64,000 bases of DNA from an uncultured Candidatus Saccharibacteria bacterium (GTDB taxonomy: Bacteria > Patescibacteriota > WWE3 > UBA101185 > UBA10185): contig CAYSWS010000002.1 of the NCBI GenBank assembly GCA_964434935.1, positions 8,320-72,319 of the forward strand, given 5' to 3'. Below are positions 48,852-58,651 of the stretch, in pieces. Under the pieces are notes generated by a model that made no database searches, was not told the DNA's origin, and worked only from the letters and a program-made list of their open reading frames with translations. Positions within the stretch are counted from its first letter, which is position 1; each line of letters opens with the position of its first letter. A program made the translations under genes and the position numbers.

Positions 48852-49906
48852 TGATAAGAAAACTTAACATATCGCTTATTTTAATGCCCGTTCTCATTTT
48901 TGTTTTCGGCTTTATAACGTTGCTTTCCACATCTCCTTCGCTAATAAAGAACCACATGTTGTTCTTTCTGGTGGGCTTATTGTTTTATGGAGTTTTTGTT
49001 TTCATCGATTACACCTTATATAGATACGCCTGGAAGTACCTGTATTTTTTAGGAGCCGTCTTACTACTGATAACCGACTTTTTTGCCGAATTCAGATCAG
49101 GCGCCGCTCGTTGGTTGAGCGTCGGGCAGGCTAGTTTTCAAACTTCCGAAATAGCCAAATTGTTCTTGATCATAGCTGTGGCTTCATTTGTGGTGGAGAA
49201 TAAAGGCAGCTTAAATAATATAAAAAATGTTTTGCTGGTGTCTTTTCTCACCCTAACTTATGTCATCCTCATTCTCGTTCAGCCGGACCTGGGATCTTCC
49301 ATAGTGGTTTTACTTGTCACCGCCGGCATAATGTTCTATGGGGGTTTTAGCAAGCTTTATATGTTGGTAGGGATCTTCGTGACCGGTATCTTTTCTACCC
49401 CTTTGTGGCATTTGCTCAAGGACTATCAAAAAGAAAGGATCTTGGTATTCCTAAATCCTCAGCTGGATGTGCTGGGATCAGGATATAATGTTATCCAGTC
49501 TTTGATAGCCGTAGGTTCGGGAGGCTTGACGGGAAAAGGTTTTGGACAAGGAACTCAGGCAAATCTGCAATTTCTGCCTGCTTATTGGACGGACTTCATC
49601 TTTGCTTCTTTTTCCGAGGAGTGGGGATTTGTGGGTGTCTTTTTATTCATTTCGATTTACACATTAATGTTATATTTCTTTTTACGGATCATCAGCGAAA
49701 TAGAAGACCTATTTGGTAAGCTGTTATGCGTGGGAATTTTTATGATGTATTTTTCACAGTTTACCATCAATGTGGGTATGAACTTAGGTATATTGCCCGT
49801 GACGGGAGTCACCCTGCCTCTGGTGTCGTATGGAGGGAGCTCAATTCTCATCTCCCTGGTCTCCTTAGGAATAGTACAAAATATATGGGTGAAAAGCAGA
49901 CCGTAG
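48851..49906 (+). CDS. rodA: SEDS protein RodA
   Basis: GAARW, QTSEIAK, QPDLG, DYQKERI, GYNVIQS..AVGSGG, TDFIF, SYGGSS. Confidence 0.9.
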   Translation: MIRKLNISLILMPVLIFVFGFITLLSTSPSLIKNHMLFFLVGLLFYGVFVFIDYTLYRYAWKYLYFLGAVLLLITDFFAEFRSGAARWLSVGQASFQTSEIAKLFLIIAVASFVVENKGSLNNIKNVLLVSFLTLTYVILILVQPDLGSSIVVLLVTAGIMFYGGFSKLYMLVGIFVTGIFSTPLWHLLKDYQKERILVFLNPQLDVLGSGYNVIQSLIAVGSGGLTGKGFGQGTQANLQFLPAYWTDFIFASFSEEWGFVGVFLFISIYTLMLYFFLRIISEIEDLFGKLLCVGIFMMYFSQFTINVGMNLGILPVTGVTLPLVSYGGSSILISLVSLGIVQNIWVKSRP

Positions 49907-49945
49907 TAAATTTATATAAATATTTGGTTATGTTATATTAAGAAT

Positions 49946-51310
49946 ATGCAAGATATCACCGTTTCTTTAAGCGACAACGTACTCAAAGTTAGCATTATCG
50001 AAAATAAGGAATTCAAAGGTGTCTCAGCTGACGTTACTAAAGACGTAGTAGATGATAATAGGATCCTGAACAACCAGGAGTTCGCTGTAGCTTTGAAAGA
50101 GCTTATCTCAGCCGTCACGGATAAAAAGCCCAGAAATCTAGCCCTTAACATTCTCATAGAACCCAACGACGTACTCTTTAAATTTGTCACGGTTAACAAG
50201 CATGGCGGAGAGATAGAGGATCAGATCATTAACGAGGTCAAGACCAAAGATAAAGATTTCCCGTTGGAAGAAATGTATTTTTCTTACCAAAAGATCGCAC
50301 CTTTTGTTTACCAATTCATAGGTGTAAAGAAAGAGGTTCTTGATAGTTACCTTGAGGTGGCGACCCTGCTGGAAATGAGCTTAAAGTGCGTTATTCCCTG
50401 GACCATACTTTTACCTCGGTTTACCAACAAGAATGAGCCAGCTATTTATATCTCCAAAGTAGCCGGTAAACAGGTAGTGGTCTTATCTGAATTCAACGGT
50501 GTGTTCTTCTCAGGTATTTACGAAGAAGATAAATCGACCAAAGAACTGCAAAAAATAGTCCAAGAGCTTTCTGTCTTTAAGAGGTCTGATCCCATCAACA
50601 AAGTTTATATTTATAATTACGACAATTTTAGCCTCAATCCTGATTATCAGGTGCTGGATATAGAGATTCCCAACAGTGACCTGGAAGAGGCCAAAGGCTA
50701 TGAAATGCACTTATTGCAGGGTTACATGAAGGATAACGACAAAGACATTTTGACCACGCAGGTCAACTTGCTAAATCTGCTGCCTGTTCCCGTGGTGGTA
50801 AAGGAAAGGAATATGGCGCTGGTTTACAGTGGAGCAGCAAGCTTGATCTTACTGCTGGGTTTGTTGATAGGCGGGGGGATCCTCATGAACAGAAGTCGAC
50901 AGCATGATAAAGATATGGCAGGAAACAATGCAAACAAGGAAGTTTTAAGCGAAGATACTCAAGTTAACAACCAGGATGAACAAAACCAGCCTCAGCCAGC
51001 GGAGAAAAAACTAGACCTAAAACAAGAGGACCTGACGTTACGAATCGAGAACGGCGCTGGAATTCCCGGAGTAGCAGGTAGGACGGAGACGTTTCTCAGT
51101 GAAAAAGGGTATGTTGTGGACAGTATAGGTAATGCAAATGAGGTGGGATTGGAACAAACACTGATCAGGATCAAGCCGGATAAAAGTTCCTATAAGGATC
51201 TGTTGCTGGAAGATATGAAGCAGTATTTTGATGCCAAGGTACAGGAAGATCTGCCGGCTGATTCTGCCTACGACGCTTTGATAATTGTCGGAACTGATGC
51301 AAAAATCTAA
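49946..51310 (+). CDS. Membrane protein with PilM-like cytoplasmic region, TM and C-terminal LytR_C domain
   Basis: C-terminal IENGAGIPGVAG..GNA..IIVG.D is LytR_C-like; N-terminus resembles PilM. Confidence 0.7.
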   Translation: MQDITVSLSDNVLKVSIIENKEFKGVSADVTKDVVDDNRILNNQEFAVALKELISAVTDKKPRNLALNILIEPNDVLFKFVTVNKHGGEIEDQIINEVKTKDKDFPLEEMYFSYQKIAPFVYQFIGVKKEVLDSYLEVATLLEMSLKCVIPWTILLPRFTNKNEPAIYISKVAGKQVVVLSEFNGVFFSGIYEEDKSTKELQKIVQELSVFKRSDPINKVYIYNYDNFSLNPDYQVLDIEIPNSDLEEAKGYEMHLLQGYMKDNDKDILTTQVNLLNLLPVPVVVKERNMALVYSGAASLILLLGLLIGGGILMNRSRQHDKDMAGNNANKEVLSEDTQVNNQDEQNQPQPAEKKLDLKQEDLTLRIENGAGIPGVAGRTETFLSEKGYVVDSIGNANEVGLEQTLIRIKPDKSSYKDLLLEDMKQYFDAKVQEDLPADSAYDALIIVGTDAKI

Positions 51311-51602
51311 TAGTTTTATCTGCAAACATTGTAAAAAAGAGGTTTTATATAAAGCTCCCGGTACCAGGCACAGGAACCACTGCCCTTTTTGTCTACACTC
51401 CTTTCATGTAGATAAGCAGGTGGGTGATAGAAGATCTGCCTGTTGGGGGTTGATGGTCCCGGTGGGGAAAATATATAAAAAAGATGGAGAAGAGGTTTTA
51501 GTGCACGAATGCGTTAAGTGCGGTTTTATCCGCAAGAATAGGATTGCCGGTGATGATAGCTGGGAATTGGTGGAAAAACTGCCCGTGCTGGAATTCTTTT
51601 AG
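51297..51602 (+). CDS. RNHCP domain protein
   Basis: F.C.HC...RNHCPFCL.S.HVD..GDR...C.G.M...HEC..CG. Confidence 0.92.
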   Translation: MQKSNSFICKHCKKEVLYKAPGTRHRNHCPFCLHSFHVDKQVGDRRSACWGLMVPVGKIYKKDGEEVLVHECVKCGFIRKNRIAGDDSWELVEKLPVLEFF

Positions 51603-51659
51603 GGATGGTCGTAAACTTGCTCTTGAAGTGTCTTTATAGTACTATTCTTTCTGTTTGTT

Positions 51660-52049
51660 ATGACATATGCAGTGATCCGCCTAGGCGGAAGACAATTTAA
51701 AGTATCTGAAGGTGAGGTTATAAAACTGGAACGACAAGCCAGCGACAAAAATGAGGTATTGCTTTACTCTGACGGGAAGAACGTAGCTATTGGCGATCCG
51801 GTGTTGACAAATATTGAGGTAGTGCTAAAGAATCTGGAGGATAGAAGGGATAGAAAAGTCCGCATAGGTAGGTTCAAAGGCAAATCCAGATACCGAAAAA
51901 TTCGGGGGCACAAACAACCTTTAAGTGTTTTCTCAGTGGAAAAGATAGGTGAAAAAGGTAAAAAGGCCGCTGTAGAAGAAAAGAAGGTTGAGGTTAAACC
52001 GTCAGCGGCTAAAAAAAGAGGTAGACCTGCCAAGAAAAAGGAAGAATAA
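51660..52049 (+). CDS. rplU: 50S ribosomal protein L21
   Basis: YAVIRLGGRQFKV.EG, GHKQP; Lys-rich tail. Confidence 0.93.
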   Translation: MTYAVIRLGGRQFKVSEGEVIKLERQASDKNEVLLYSDGKNVAIGDPVLTNIEVVLKNLEDRRDRKVRIGRFKGKSRYRKIRGHKQPLSVFSVEKIGEKGKKAAVEEKKVEVKPSAAKKRGRPAKKKEE

Positions 52050-52056
52050 TTAATAT

Positions 52057-52314
52057 ATGGCACATAAAAAAGCCGGCGGTGCGCAGGCAAGACAATCAGG
52101 TAATGTTGTAGGAAAAAGGTTAGGACTTAAAGTGTCCGGAGGTCAAGCTGTAAAACCTGGCCAGATCATTGTTAGACAAAGAGGAAAAAGGTTCGATCCG
52201 GGAGAGAATGTGGGCATGGGCAAAGATTTCACCATTTTTTCCAAGGTAAGCGGAATTGTGGAGTTTGTGTGGAAAAACAAAAAAAAGAAAAAGATCAATG
52301 TTCGATCAGTCTGA
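52057..52314 (+). CDS. rpmA: 50S ribosomal protein L27
   Basis: [32 protein letters not shown]. Confidence 0.97.
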   Translation: MAHKKAGGAQARQSGNVVGKRLGLKVSGGQAVKPGQIIVRQRGKRFDPGENVGMGKDFTIFSKVSGIVEFVWKNKKKKKINVRSV

Positions 52315-52849
52315 TGCTGTTTAACGGATAATAGACCAGGAGCGCCCTTCCTACTATCAATTCCTCCCTTATGGCCCCGAGAGTTCTTGAATCTGAGCTT
52401 TTCTCCCTGTTATCTCCCATGAGAACGTAACTGTACGGTGGCACATTATACTCTTCACCCTCTTCAATACTTTGATTCCCCAGGGTCAATATCCCCGGCG
52501 CAAGGTAAGGTTCTGCCAGAACCACATCGTTAATAAATACCTGACCGTTTTCCAACTTGATCTTTTCCAAGGGTAAGGCGATGACCCTTTTTATCAGCAG
52601 CCGTGTATGTTCCTCAGGATGTCTAAAAATAACAATTTCTCCCCGTTCCAGGGGTTTAAATCTGGTAGACAACTTTTCCGCTATCACCTGTTCCTTATCA
52701 TGAAGAGTAGGTTCCATGGATTCACCGGTGACTTCCAGAAGTTGCCCTAGGAAAAGGTATACCAGCAAGAAAATTGTGGCACCAATGATAGTAATTTCGA
52801 TGAAATCAAGTAAAATATCAAATATAGATCTCTTGGCCGAGGCAGACAT
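52295..52849 (-). CDS. lepB: Signal peptidase I
   Basis: GESMEPT, IKRVI, MGDNR..S.DSR. Confidence 0.95.
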   Translation of the reverse strand: MSASAKRSIFDILLDFIEITIIGATIFLLVYLFLGQLLEVTGESMEPTLHDKEQVIAEKLSTRFKPLERGEIVIFRHPEEHTRLLIKRVIALPLEKIKLENGQVFINDVVLAEPYLAPGILTLGNQSIEEGEEYNVPPYSYVLMGDNREKSSDSRTLGAIREELIVGRALLVYYPLNSIRLIEH

Positions 52850-52893
52850 TAATTAATTTTAGTCGAAATATTGTAAAATAACAGTACTAATTT

Positions 52894-52970
52894 GGACTCA
52901 TAGCTCAGTTGGTTAGAGCGTTCGGGTCACATCCGAAAGGCCCCAGGTTCGAATCCTGGTGAGTCCACCA
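52894..52970 (+). tRNA. tRNA-Val(CAC)
   Basis: Cloverleaf: GGACTCA/TGAGTCC acceptor, TTCGG-GTCACAT-CCGAA anticodon arm, TTCGAAT T-loop, ACCA end. Confidence 0.92.
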
Positions 52971-52971
52971 A

Positions 52972-54204
52972 TTAATCAATGAACTCCTGCTGCAGCAGGC
53001 TCCACAGCTCAGCATAACCTCCGTCATAGCCCAGCGCCCATATACCCACTCCAGCCAGGTCCAGGTCATTGATCATGTCATATTTAACCTTCAGAGAATC
53101 CACATCGTCATAGAACACCTCACGCACAGAGCCTGTTTCCGGGCTTATATATGTGAAATAAGGTGTTTTTGCCAGATCATCCCACTTCACGTCAGGTTTT
53201 ACTGTAAGAACAGTCTCCATAATGGCTTCATAAGTTTGGGATTGAGAATATCCCGAATCATCACTGCCGCTTATGCGCTTGGCGTATTTGTCATCTCTTT
53301 CCACTACCCAGTTGTAGCCGTAGTAAGGTACTCCCAAAACGATCTTATTAGGTGGAACATAAGCTAGATAATCGTGCATCATGGTGCCCAGGTCGTATTC
53401 TGCATGAACACCTTTGCCGCCAATGGGAGAGACCGGTCCGGCTGTATCGGAAGAAGGACGGTGAAAATCATAGCCCATGATAAATATAAGATCAGCGGCT
53501 TTTCCCAGACCCTCGATATCAGTTATCCGGTCCTTGACCACGGAATCGGCAAAGGTTGAAACGGTCAAGGTTGAATCCCCGATGGTTTCGTCCAGTTTCT
53601 TGTTCAAAAAGTCAACAAATTCGGTGTATTGGCGAGCCTTTTCCTTGGGCGTATATTGCACATACTCAAAATTCAAATTCACATCCTTGATGTCTTTTTC
53701 GATAAGCTCGTTAATGATGTTGTTGGAAAGGTTAAGCCAGCACTCCCGACAATCGAGGAATTTATCGGAAACATCATCCACGTGTGAGATGATGGTCAGC
53801 GCAAAATTCACATTGTGCTTTTTAGCTTCAGCTATAATATCGGTAAGCTCTTTACTGTTCTTCCATTGATTGTAACCGGGTACCGTTTCTCCATTCTGGT
53901 ATTTAAGAAAATCACCGTTGGCATCGATGTAAAGCCCAAAATAAGCGATATCGGTCAGTTTATCGTATTGGAAATATTTAGCTTCTTCTAACGTCCAATA
54001 AGGTAAATAACCGTAAATTATTTTTTTGGGCGGTTCCCGCACATTGTTAAAAGACAAAATACTAAAGGAGCTACCCATAGGGGAAAGGATCTTAAGCTCG
54101 GGGTTTCTTTTATTTACAATGCGATCCAAACTAAAGAACGCTCCGGATAAAAGTACCAACACCAAAGATGCGACCATGGCAGTTTTAATCTTCACAAAAC
54201 TCAT
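52972..54204 (-). CDS. Glycoside hydrolase family 18-like exported protein
   Basis: N-terminal TM; GYLPYW, DVNLNFE (variant of DxxDxDxE), MGYD, LGVPYYG, GVGIWALG. Confidence 0.85.
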   Translation of the reverse strand: MSFVKIKTAMVASLVLVLLSGAFFSLDRIVNKRNPELKILSPMGSSFSILSFNNVREPPKKIIYGYLPYWTLEEAKYFQYDKLTDIAYFGLYIDANGDFLKYQNGETVPGYNQWKNSKELTDIIAEAKKHNVNFALTIISHVDDVSDKFLDCRECWLNLSNNIINELIEKDIKDVNLNFEYVQYTPKEKARQYTEFVDFLNKKLDETIGDSTLTVSTFADSVVKDRITDIEGLGKAADLIFIMGYDFHRPSSDTAGPVSPIGGKGVHAEYDLGTMMHDYLAYVPPNKIVLGVPYYGYNWVVERDDKYAKRISGSDDSGYSQSQTYEAIMETVLTVKPDVKWDDLAKTPYFTYISPETGSVREVFYDDVDSLKVKYDMINDLDLAGVGIWALGYDGGYAELWSLLQQEFID

Positions 54205-54260
54205 TTTACTTGAATTTATGCACTTTATGAAGATGTCGCGGCAAATGATAGAATATCCTT

Positions 54261-55436
54261 GTGCATAAAAGGCTTGTCTTGTATTCAATAATTTCCTTTC
54301 TGGTCACTCTAACTGCTCTTTTGGGCATCTACTTCTTTGTCTTCCCTAAACAAGAATATGCTGTGAGGGAAGATATTTTAAGTTTTGTGCAGCACAGGAT
54401 ATATCAGAGCGGTAATTGTGACTATGGAGAGAGCCTGGGCTATGTAAGATATTCCGGAGACCAATGGGACAAGAACAATAAATTTGGTTTATATGTCTAC
54501 GCTGAGAACAGGAACTATTTTGAGTTTGCCCAACAGCTGGTAAATTCTCATGGCGGAGATTGGGGCTATGTTCTCATTCCTTTTAATGTTAAAGACAAAG
54601 ACATGGAAAAGTGGGGTAGAGTGTTCGAACAATTAAGGAACAAACATTTGATCCCAATAATACAGCTTTGGGATGTGGACCTGAATAAATATAAAGAGCA
54701 AACCAAAGAGGCGGCTGAGTTTCTAAACATCTTCATCTGGCCCATCAAAGAAAGATATGTCAGTGTTTATAATGAGCCCAATTCAGCCGATTTTTGGTAT
54801 GGTGCCATTGACCCTGCAGAGTATGCACAAATATTGGACTACACCATAAAAACTTTTAAAGATATGAACGGAGATTATTTTATGCTTAATGGGGCTTTTA
54901 ATGTCAGCGCTCCTACGGAGAAGAACCATTTGGACTCATTTATTTTTATGGAGAGAATGAACGAAGAGATACCTGGCATATTCGATGAGCTTGATGGCTG
55001 GGCCTCCCACTCTTATCCCCAGCCTAACTTCAGCGGCAGCCCATTTGCCAGCGGCAGGTGGAGCATCAGAGCTTACGAGAATGAGTTGGAAGAGTTAAAG
55101 CAGTTGGGTGTGACAAAAGAGCTGCCTGTCTTTATTACGGAAACCGGCTGGGCGCACGCCCAAGGCAAGGACCATAACGATAGCTATTATGATGCTGAGC
55201 TTGTGGCTGAGTATTTTAAGATTAGTTTTGAGCAAGTGTGGCTGCCGGATGATCGGGTGCGTGCTGTGACCCCATTTACCATTAGCTACCCCGCGCCTTT
55301 TGACCATTTTTCCTGGATAAACTCGGACTATGTGCCCTATAAACAGTACGATGAAATAAAGTCCATGGAAAAAGTGGCCGGGAATCCACCGCACTTTGAA
55401 GAAGATAGTTTAAGAATTTCAGGCTGCAATGAATAA
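54261..55436 (+). CDS. Membrane-anchored clan GH-A glycoside hydrolase-like protein
   Basis: N-terminal TM; YNEPN, SHSY, FITETGW. Confidence 0.7.
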   Translation: MHKRLVLYSIISFLVTLTALLGIYFFVFPKQEYAVREDILSFVQHRIYQSGNCDYGESLGYVRYSGDQWDKNNKFGLYVYAENRNYFEFAQQLVNSHGGDWGYVLIPFNVKDKDMEKWGRVFEQLRNKHLIPIIQLWDVDLNKYKEQTKEAAEFLNIFIWPIKERYVSVYNEPNSADFWYGAIDPAEYAQILDYTIKTFKDMNGDYFMLNGAFNVSAPTEKNHLDSFIFMERMNEEIPGIFDELDGWASHSYPQPNFSGSPFASGRWSIRAYENELEELKQLGVTKELPVFITETGWAHAQGKDHNDSYYDAELVAEYFKISFEQVWLPDDRVRAVTPFTISYPAPFDHFSWINSDYVPYKQYDEIKSMEKVAGNPPHFEEDSLRISGCNE

Positions 55437-56703
55437 ACAGACAACCTCATTTAAAATAGCTACCAACACGGTTTACCAATTCATCGGCAAAGCCGGCACC
55501 ATGTCCATTACTATATTAGCTACCATTCTTATCACCAGGCTTTATGGCAGAGAGGCCTATGGGCAATTCAGCCTCATGCAAGGATGGCCGGCACTCATGT
55601 TCATTATTGTGGACTTTGGTTTTAACGCCATTGCCACCAGGGAATTGAGTAAAGACTTTAGCCGCGTAGCAAAGATCCTAGGCAGTATTCTGGTCATCAG
55701 GATCCTGGTTTCCCTGTTTTTTATAGTTCTCCTGGCTGTACTGTTGACATTTTTTCCCTATTCTGCGACTCTAAAGTTTGGCATTCGCTTGAGCTTGTTC
55801 CTCATCCTCACGCAGTCCCTTTTCACCACAGCTAACGTGGTTTTTCAAACCAAACTCAGATATGACCTTTCCACTTACTCCCTGTTTGCAGGATATCTGG
55901 TAGTCCTAGCCGCAGTAGCGATCTTTTCTTATCTACGCATAAGTGTGATATGGATAAGTTTTAGCTATGTGATAGGGGGGTTTGTGACCTTTTTAACTTC
56001 TCTGTATTTTCTTAACCGTATTGGTGTGCCCATAAAATTAACCTATGATCGAGCCACGGCCAAATACTTGTTCTGGCAAACACTACCTTTAGGCATCATG
56101 TTCATTTTTAGCCAGATCAATTTCAAGGATGATGAGATACTGCTCTCAATTTTAAGACTGCCACAAAAATATAACTTGACCAACACCGAATCAGTAGCTG
56201 TTTACGCCCTACCTTATAAAGTATTCGAAGTCGCTTTAGTGGTACCGACCTTTTTCATGAATGCCGTCTATCCGGTCATGGTGCGCCACATGACGGAGAG
56301 TTCGCACAAGCTGAAAAAGACCTTTTTGTCTTCTATGAAAGTACTGATATTTGCCGGTATACTGTCAGGTTTGATGGGCATAACGCTTTCCAAGCCGGCT
56401 ATTGACCTTCTGGGAGGTTCAGAATTTATGCAGTCGGTTATAGTGCTGAAGATACTTTTAGGAGGTTTGATCTTTTATTATTTAACGCAACCTTTGTCCT
56501 GGCTGATCGTGACCCTAGGAAAACAAGTTTACCTGCCTTACATTTACTTATCTGCCGCTATTTTTAACTTTATAGCCAACCTTGTCTTTATCCCCAGATA
56601 TTCTTTTTACGCGGCGGCTATAATTACTCATTCATCCGAAGTCTTGATCCTCATTCTTTTAATTGCCGCTGCCAGGAAGGCTTGGAAATTAAATTATGCT
56701 TAA
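55429..56703 (+). CDS. Wzx-type polysaccharide flippase
   Basis: Multi-TM; R.YG...YG, DFG....TRE, LVFIPRY..YAAAI. Confidence 0.85.
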   Translation: MNKQTTSFKIATNTVYQFIGKAGTMSITILATILITRLYGREAYGQFSLMQGWPALMFIIVDFGFNAIATRELSKDFSRVAKILGSILVIRILVSLFFIVLLAVLLTFFPYSATLKFGIRLSLFLILTQSLFTTANVVFQTKLRYDLSTYSLFAGYLVVLAAVAIFSYLRISVIWISFSYVIGGFVTFLTSLYFLNRIGVPIKLTYDRATAKYLFWQTLPLGIMFIFSQINFKDDEILLSILRLPQKYNLTNTESVAVYALPYKVFEVALVVPTFFMNAVYPVMVRHMTESSHKLKKTFLSSMKVLIFAGILSGLMGITLSKPAIDLLGGSEFMQSVIVLKILLGGLIFYYLTQPLSWLIVTLGKQVYLPYIYLSAAIFNFIANLVFIPRYSFYAAAIITHSSEVLILILLIAAARKAWKLNYA

Positions 56704-57886
56704 ATTGGGGTTTTACGGCAGTGTATTTGCCCTCTTATTAGGCCAACTAGCCTTGATAGGCACCTTGGGTGAGACAAAAATTTATCTTTTCGATCTTGTA
56801 ATGGCGGCTCTTGCCATATTGGGGACATTACAGCTCTTGTTAAAGTCAGGGCAGCTCAAGATATCACTGTTTTTGGCCCCGTTTTATATTTTTTGTCTAT
56901 TGGCTGGAGTGTCTTTGGTTTTTAACGCAGCTAGTTTGGATGGCAGAGATATGTTGGAGGCTGTTTCTTATTTAGCCAGGTTCATTATTTATGTTTCGGC
57001 CGCCAATGTGGTTTATAACATGCTTTGCCTTGGCATCATCGACATTTCCCGTATCGGTAAAACTTATGTTCTTTCGGCCTTGGCGTTGTCTGTGGCCGGT
57101 TTTATACAACTAAAAGTTCTACCCGATTTTTCAGTGCTGGATCAGGCGCTGGGATGGGACCCGCATAAGTTTAGGTTGGCCTCAACATTTTTCGATCCAA
57201 ATTATGTAGGTGGATTTTTGGTCCTGACGCTGACATTTCTCTTATTTAAAGACGATCTCTTTACAGGCAAAAATGCTCTGAAGAAAAAACAATTCTTTGT
57301 CTTAATTTCCATTACTTTACTGGCCGTATTCTTGACCTACTCACGAAGCGCCTGGGGCATGCTGGGCGTAATGCTCTTTATTTATGGCCTGGCCAGATCG
57401 CCCAAGATCATATTTTTGTCTCTGATCTTAGCTTTTTTCACTTATTTTGCTGTGCCCAGGATACAAACCCGTTTGGCCGGCATCACCGATCCGGCCGATT
57501 CGGCCCAATTCAGACTCATATCCTGGAAAAACACCTTAAATATTGCCAAGGATAATCTATTTTTAGGTGTAGGTTTTAATAATTTTAAGAACTCCCAAGT
57601 GGCGTACGGTTATTTGACACCGGATACTATAAAAGACCATAGCGCCGCCGGCTCGGATTCCAGTTTACTACTGGTGCTGGCCACAACAGGTATTATGGGT
57701 TTTCTTGTCTTTACCGCGGGCATGCTTATGCCTATTGTAAAAACAAAAAGTCTCTACAGTTTGGTAGCGATCGTGCCCCTGCTGCTGGAATCAAATTTTG
57801 TGAATTCACTGTTCTATCCCCAGATCATGTTTTTATGGCTTGTTATGTTCGCTCTGATGGAATATGGTAAAAAGGCTTTAAGTTAA
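56696..57886 (+). CDS. O-antigen ligase/polymerase family protein
   Basis: R..STF.DPN, LTYSRSAW, R..SW, LGVGFNNF. Confidence 0.85.
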   Translation: MLKLGFYGSVFALLLGQLALIGTLGETKIYLFDLVMAALAILGTLQLLLKSGQLKISLFLAPFYIFCLLAGVSLVFNAASLDGRDMLEAVSYLARFIIYVSAANVVYNMLCLGIIDISRIGKTYVLSALALSVAGFIQLKVLPDFSVLDQALGWDPHKFRLASTFFDPNYVGGFLVLTLTFLLFKDDLFTGKNALKKKQFFVLISITLLAVFLTYSRSAWGMLGVMLFIYGLARSPKIIFLSLILAFFTYFAVPRIQTRLAGITDPADSAQFRLISWKNTLNIAKDNLFLGVGFNNFKNSQVAYGYLTPDTIKDHSAAGSDSSLLLVLATTGIMGFLVFTAGMLMPIVKTKSLYSLVAIVPLLLESNFVNSLFYPQIMFLWLVMFALMEYGKKALS

Positions 57887-57889
57887 GGC

Positions 57890-58633
57890 TTATTCGGACT
57901 CTTTTTGATATTTAATGTTAAAAGCCTCGATTTTGGAGTTTCCGGCCTCGTCAACCGCCTCGACGGTTATTTTGACATCCCCTTCGACCACTCCCAGTAA
58001 ATATTCAAAAGTGAGATCCGGCTTTTGCACCACCAGTTTTTTATTTATAGTGATCTTCGCCTTTTCGCTGACCTTGCCCCTGATGAGAACACGTTCATTA
58101 AGGTTTTTTATGGTATCACCGGGTTTAGGACTTTCAATGTCTATGTCCGGCTTGCTATTGTCGACCATGATGATCTGGGTTTCTGACTTTTCGCTCTCGT
58201 GGCCTTTTTCATCGACTGATTTAGCAAAAACAGTATTCCTGGATTCTATAAGAAAGATGTTTTCGAACATGAATTTGCCTTCGGCATCAGCTATAACCTC
58301 ACCTTTTTCCGGTCCGTTCACGAATATCTTCACGGTCGAACCCGGCGCGGCATAGCCCTCAATATTAATTGTGTCTTGATTGGTAGCTTTAGGCAGATCG
58401 GCAAACGAAGGAGGGTTTACGGTAACGTCGGCTATGGTGTCCTCATCATTTTTGTGTATGGAGACAAAGCCCAGTAGAGCCCCAATTTCAGGTCCAAAGA
58501 AATTCAATATGAGGAGCCCGCCAAGGAGAAAACCAAAAATGCCCAATAAGCTCATCCTTAGTCTTTTAGACAACTGCTCCTGGTCATATTTTTGTGTCGG
58601 TTTGCGCCTGCGGCTAGTGTACGATGTGGTCAT
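57890..58633 (-). CDS. Membrane-anchored Ig-like domain protein
   Basis: TM followed by two beta-rich repeats (A.SVDEKGHES, I.SP..G, EAVDEAGN). Confidence 0.65.
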   Translation of the reverse strand: MTTSYTSRRRKPTQKYDQEQLSKRLRMSLLGIFGFLLGGLLILNFFGPEIGALLGFVSIHKNDEDTIADVTVNPPSFADLPKATNQDTINIEGYAAPGSTVKIFVNGPEKGEVIADAEGKFMFENIFLIESRNTVFAKSVDEKGHESEKSETQIIMVDNSKPDIDIESPKPGDTIKNLNERVLIRGKVSEKAKITINKKLVVQKPDLTFEYLLGVVEGDVKITVEAVDEAGNSKIEAFNIKYQKESE

Positions 58634-58651
58634 AAAAAAATTCTAACAAAT

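Noticed and set aside
51660-52314. Missing prp/ysxB between rplU and rpmA
   Set aside because: L27 begins MAHKK with no N-terminal extension, so the absence is expected
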